This document shows, one piece after another, positions 28,821-32,000 of a stretch of DNA of 32,000 nt. Each line of letters begins with the position of its first letter. Position 1 is the stretch's first letter. The notes below the pieces were generated by a model. It was not told where the DNA came from. It ran no database searches and saw only the letters and a list, made by a program, of their open reading frames with translations. The stretch comes from Methylorubrum extorquens (GTDB lineage: Bacteria; Pseudomonadota; Alphaproteobacteria; Rhizobiales; Beijerinckiaceae), in assembly GCA_900234795.1 (NCBI GenBank), contig LT962688.1, positions 3,870,001-3,902,000 of the forward strand. The letters run 5' to 3'. Made by a program: the position numbers and the translations under genes.

Positions 28821-29198
28821 ATGACGCAAGCACGCGAGGGCGTCCTCGACGACGCGACGGTGGAGCGGCGGCTGAAGGAAGAGTTGCCGCACTGGCGGTT
28901 TGAGGACGGCTGGATCCGGCGCACCTACAAGACCGCCTCATGGAAGAGCACGCTGATGGTCATCAACACGGTGGGCCATCTGGCCGAGGCCGCGTGGCAC
29001 CATCCCGACCTCACGGCGTCCTACGCTTGGGTCGAGGTCCGGCTGATGAACCACGCCGCCAAGGGCATCACCGAGAAGGATTTCTCTCTGGCAAAGAAGA
29101 TCGAGGAGGTCGTGGGCTGGCAGCCGGGCGCGGAGGGCGGCGCCCTCGAAGGAACGCCGGCCGATCCGCGCTTCGCCTACATCAAGTACGACAAGTGA
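28821..29198 (+). CDS. Pterin-4a-carbinolamine dehydratase-like protein
   Basis: 125 aa from ATG 28821 (GGGAGGGTGACA upstream). It matches the PCD signature E-x3-HHP-x5-Y-x9-H-x8-D exactly (EAAWHHPDLTASYAWVEVRLMNHAAKGITEKD). About 25 extra C-terminal residues are present. Confidence 0.8.
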   Translation: MTQAREGVLDDATVERRLKEELPHWRFEDGWIRRTYKTASWKSTLMVINTVGHLAEAAWHHPDLTASYAWVEVRLMNHAAKGITEKDFSLAKKIEEVVGWQPGAEGGALEGTPADPRFAYIKYDK

Positions 29199-29205
29199 GG
29201 CGGGC

Positions 29206-30081
29206 TCAGGCGACGCCGTGCTGCCGGAACCAGTCCTGTAGCCGCTTCCATCCGTCCTGTGCCGACTCCGCGCGGTAGCTCGGACGATAATCGGCGTGGA
29301 AGGCGTGTCCCGCCTCCGGATAGACGACGAAATCGCAGGTCTTGCCGGCGGCCCGGCAGGCCTCCTTCATCCGGTCGATCGTGGCGACCGGAATGCCCTG
29401 GTCGGCCCCACCGTAGAGGCCGAGCACCGGCGCCTTGAGGTCGGCGGCGACATCGACGGGGTTCTCCGGCATCAGCGCCGAGCTGTCGCCGACGAGCCGC
29501 CCGTACCAAGCGACGCCGGCCTTCACCGCCGGATTGTGCGCGGCGTAGAGCCAGGTGATGCGCCCGCCCCAGCAGAAGCCGGTGATCCCGAGGCGGGCCG
29601 TGTCGGCCTTGCCCGTGCCCTTGGCGAAGGCGACCGCTGCGTCGAGGTCGCTCATCACCTGCGCGTCGGGCACCTTGGAGACGACGTCGCTCACGATCTG
29701 CTGGATGTTGGTCAACGTCGAGACGTCGCCCTGCCGGGCATATAGTTCGGGCGCCAGGGCGAAGTAGCCGAGCTTGGCCAGACGGCGGCACACATCCTTG
29801 ATGTGCTCGTGCACGCCGAAGATTTCCTGCACGACCAGGATCGTCGGAAAGCGGCCGCCCTCGGCCGGCATGGCCCGGTAGGCCGGGATCTCGCCGTCCT
29901 GCGTCGGAATCTTCACCTCGCCGGCGATCAAGCCGTTCGTGTCCGTGGTGATGGTGGTCTGGGCCGCGACGGGCTGCACGGCGAGCGCGAAGCCCGTGGC
30001 GAGACTCGTGGCGATCACGGTGCGCCGTGAGAGGGTCGTCTGAGCCGCGAGGCTCCGCAGGTCGGCATCGAACGCGGTCAT
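29206..30081 (-). CDS. Dienelactone hydrolase family protein with a Tat-type signal
   Basis: 291 aa from ATG 30081 (GAGAGG upstream). The signal region contains [24 protein letters not shown]. The nucleophile motif GFCWGG and [17 protein letters not shown] are typical of the DLH family. Confidence 0.82.
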   Translation of the reverse strand: MTAFDADLRSLAAQTTLSRRTVIATSLATGFALAVQPVAAQTTITTDTNGLIAGEVKIPTQDGEIPAYRAMPAEGGRFPTILVVQEIFGVHEHIKDVCRRLAKLGYFALAPELYARQGDVSTLTNIQQIVSDVVSKVPDAQVMSDLDAAVAFAKGTGKADTARLGITGFCWGGRITWLYAAHNPAVKAGVAWYGRLVGDSSALMPENPVDVAADLKAPVLGLYGGADQGIPVATIDRMKEACRAAGKTCDFVVYPEAGHAFHADYRPSYRAESAQDGWKRLQDWFRQHGVA

Positions 30082-30376
30082 GCGTGCCTCTCGGGTATGG
30101 ATGCGTCGAGTGGGCAGTCGCCCGACGGCAGAGTTAGGGCATCGCCCCGAAAGGGGGATGCCGGCTTTTGGAAAAGGAGGATGCGTCGGCCGAAGCCCGC
30201 GCCGGTCGGCGAACCGCGACGGGCGCGCGCGCAGCCTCGCGCCGCCCGCGCGGTGGCCCAACGCCCGAAAGAGCCAGCCGCGGTCTCGGACAAGGCCTTC
30301 AGCGGTTTCATGCTCCCCTCGGGATCAGGCCGCGGCTCAGGCCGGTTGCTCCGCCACCGTCCTCCTGAGATCCGTC

Positions 30377-30943
30377 ATGACGCCAAGGCAAGACGAACGG
30401 GACAGCCCCGCCCCACGGACGACCTATTCGCCGCCTCAGCCGGAAGGGCTGGCGCCCGCTCTCCTGCGCAACATCCGGACGCTGCAGGAGCGCCGAAGCG
30501 CCGCCGAACGCGAGGCCTCCCTGCAGGATCGCGTGGCCGAGGCGATCACGCGGTTCACGGGCAGCATGGCGTTCGTCGCCCTGCACGTCGTGCTGTTCGG
30601 CTTCTGGACCCTGGTGAATTCGGGCCTGCTGCCGATCCTGCCGAAATGGGACGCGTCCTTCGTGATCCTCGGGACCGCGGCATCGGTCGAGGCGATCTTC
30701 CTCTCGACCTTCGTACTGATCAGCCAGAACCGCATGGCCGCGGCGGCCAACAAGCGGGCCGATCTCGACCTCCACATCAGCCTTCTGGCCGAGCACGAGG
30801 TGACGAAGCTCGTCGCGATGGTGTCGGCGATCACGGAGCGGATGGGCATCGAGACGGTCGCCGATCCAGAAGTCGGCGAACTCAGCCAGGATGTGGCCCC
30901 CGACGCCGTCCTCGACGAGATCGAGCGAAACGACCGCGCCTGA
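30377..30943 (+). CDS. DUF1003-like membrane protein
   Basis: 188 aa from ATG 30377. Two hydrophobic segments (MAFVALHVVLFGFWTLV and FVILGTAASVEAIFLSTFVLISQNR) are followed by a charged helix, which is the DUF1003 layout as I recall it. Confidence 0.6.
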   Translation: MTPRQDERDSPAPRTTYSPPQPEGLAPALLRNIRTLQERRSAAEREASLQDRVAEAITRFTGSMAFVALHVVLFGFWTLVNSGLLPILPKWDASFVILGTAASVEAIFLSTFVLISQNRMAAAANKRADLDLHISLLAEHEVTKLVAMVSAITERMGIETVADPEVGELSQDVAPDAVLDEIERNDRA

Positions 30944-30961
30944 CGCCCCGGCCCCCAAAAG

Positions 30962-30989
30962 AAAATGGCCGGGCGAACCCGGCCATTTT
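30962..30989. terminator. Bidirectional terminator between the DUF1003 gene and mclA
   Basis: AAAATGGCCGGG (30962-30973), loop CGAA, then CCCGGCCATTTT (30978-30989). Confidence 0.7.
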
Positions 30990-31011
30990 CCGTTCTACCG
31001 ATAGAAGGAAA

Positions 31012-31986
31012 TTACTTCCCGCCCATCGCGTCGGCCTTCTGGATCAGCGCCTCGGCCATGCGGATCGAGGCGATGTCGATGAGGCGGCCGTCGAGCGAGA
31101 CGGCGCCGCGGCCGGCCTTGGCGGCCTCTTCCATGGCTTCCAGGATGCGGCGGGCCTTGGTGACCTCGGCCTCGGAGGGGGTGAAGACCTCGTTGGCCAG
31201 ATCGATCTGCGAGGGGTGGATCGCCCACTTGCCCTCGAAGCCGAGCGCGGCGCAGCGGCGAGCGGCCGAGGTGTAGCCGTCCGGATCGGAGAAGTCGCCG
31301 AAGGGACCGTCGATCGGGCGCAGGCCGTAGGCGCGGCAGGCGACCAGCATGCGGTTCTGGGCGAACAGCCACGGATCCTGCCAGTGCGTCTGGCGGTTGC
31401 CGGCCTCGTCCTTGTCGGTGAGCACGCTGTAATCGGCGTTGACGCCGCCGATCACGGTGGAGCGGGCGCGGGTGGAGGCGGCGTAGTCGGCGACACCGAA
31501 GGACATCGCCTCAAGGCGCTTGGACGAGGTCGCGATCGCCTCGACATTGGCCATGCCGAGCGCGGTCTCGATCAGCACCTCAAAGCCAATCTTCTTCTCG
31601 CGCTTCTTGGCCTGCTCGATCTGCGTCGTCAGCACGTCGATGGCGTAGACGTCGGCCGGCACGCCGACCTTGGGGATCAGGATCATGTCGAGGCGCGGGC
31701 AGGCCTCCACGATGTCCACCACGTCGCGGTACATGTAGTGGGTGTCGAGACCGTTGATGCGGATCATCATGGTCTTGTTGCCCCAATCCAGGTCGTTGAG
31801 AGCCTGGATGATGTTCTTGCGGGCCTGCTCCTTGTCGTCGGGCGCAACCGCATCCTCGAGGTCGAGGAAGATCACGTCGGCCTTCGAGGCGGCCGACTTC
31901 TCCATGAAGGTCGGGTTGGAGCCGGGAACCGCGAGTTCCGAGCGGTGCAGGCGCGGGGTGGCCTGCTGGATCAGGGTGAAGCTCAT
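31012..31986 (-). CDS. mclA: Malyl-CoA lyase (HpcH/HpaI / citrate lyase beta family)
   Basis: 324 aa, MSFTLIQQATPRLHRSELAVPGSNPTFMEKSAASKADVIFLDLEDAVAPDDK... GGAGGA lies upstream of ATG 31986. Confidence 0.93.
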   Translation of the reverse strand: MSFTLIQQATPRLHRSELAVPGSNPTFMEKSAASKADVIFLDLEDAVAPDDKEQARKNIIQALNDLDWGNKTMMIRINGLDTHYMYRDVVDIVEACPRLDMILIPKVGVPADVYAIDVLTTQIEQAKKREKKIGFEVLIETALGMANVEAIATSSKRLEAMSFGVADYAASTRARSTVIGGVNADYSVLTDKDEAGNRQTHWQDPWLFAQNRMLVACRAYGLRPIDGPFGDFSDPDGYTSAARRCAALGFEGKWAIHPSQIDLANEVFTPSEAEVTKARRILEAMEEAAKAGRGAVSLDGRLIDIASIRMAEALIQKADAMGGK

Positions 31987-32000
31987 CGGAAATCCTCCGT

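Overview
High-GC alphaproteobacterial chromosome segment. Gene by gene I recognise it as the core methylotrophy island of a Methylorubrum (Methylobacterium) extorquens-type organism. Left to right:
- the 3' end of a HisA/HisF-like gene;
- a minus-strand tetrahydromethanopterin (H4MPT) block: fae, orf7 (CitG-like), orf5 (RimK-like ATP-grasp), mch, orfY (ATP-grasp), mtdB, mptG;
- the plus-strand formyltransferase/hydrolase operon fhcB-fhcA-fhcD-fhcC;
- a small Cys-containing exported protein;
- a sensor kinase plus OmpR-type regulator (mxbDM-like);
- pqqA-pqqB-pqqC/D-pqqE, followed by two translationally coupled signal-peptide proteins of unknown function;
- folP-folB-folK;
- minus-strand xoxF-xoxG-xoxJ (lanthanide-type methanol dehydrogenase, its c-type cytochrome, and a periplasmic binding-like protein);
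- a roughly 700 bp lower-GC non-coding region;
- a NitT/TauT-type ABC transporter, a pterin-4a-carbinolamine dehydratase-like gene, a Tat-signal dienelactone hydrolase and a DUF1003-like membrane protein;
- malyl-CoA lyase (mclA).
I recognised no rRNA, tRNA, CRISPR array, IS element or phage gene. Most of the window is well-described C1 metabolism, so I do not claim a clearly novel system. The points most worth a second look are:
- two apparent +1 frame breaks, each exactly at a C6 homopolymer (in fhcC and in the small exported protein);
- the uncharacterised exported protein pair coupled to pqqE;
- an 18-bp perfect palindrome with a third motif copy in the mptG/fhcB divergent intergenic region;
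- a ~130-nt nested inverted-repeat element between mch and orf5;
- a terminator-like hairpin just upstream of the fae ribosome-binding site;
- the uncharacterised transporter and pterin-related module between xoxF and mclA.
All family assignments come from reading the translations. No database search was run.
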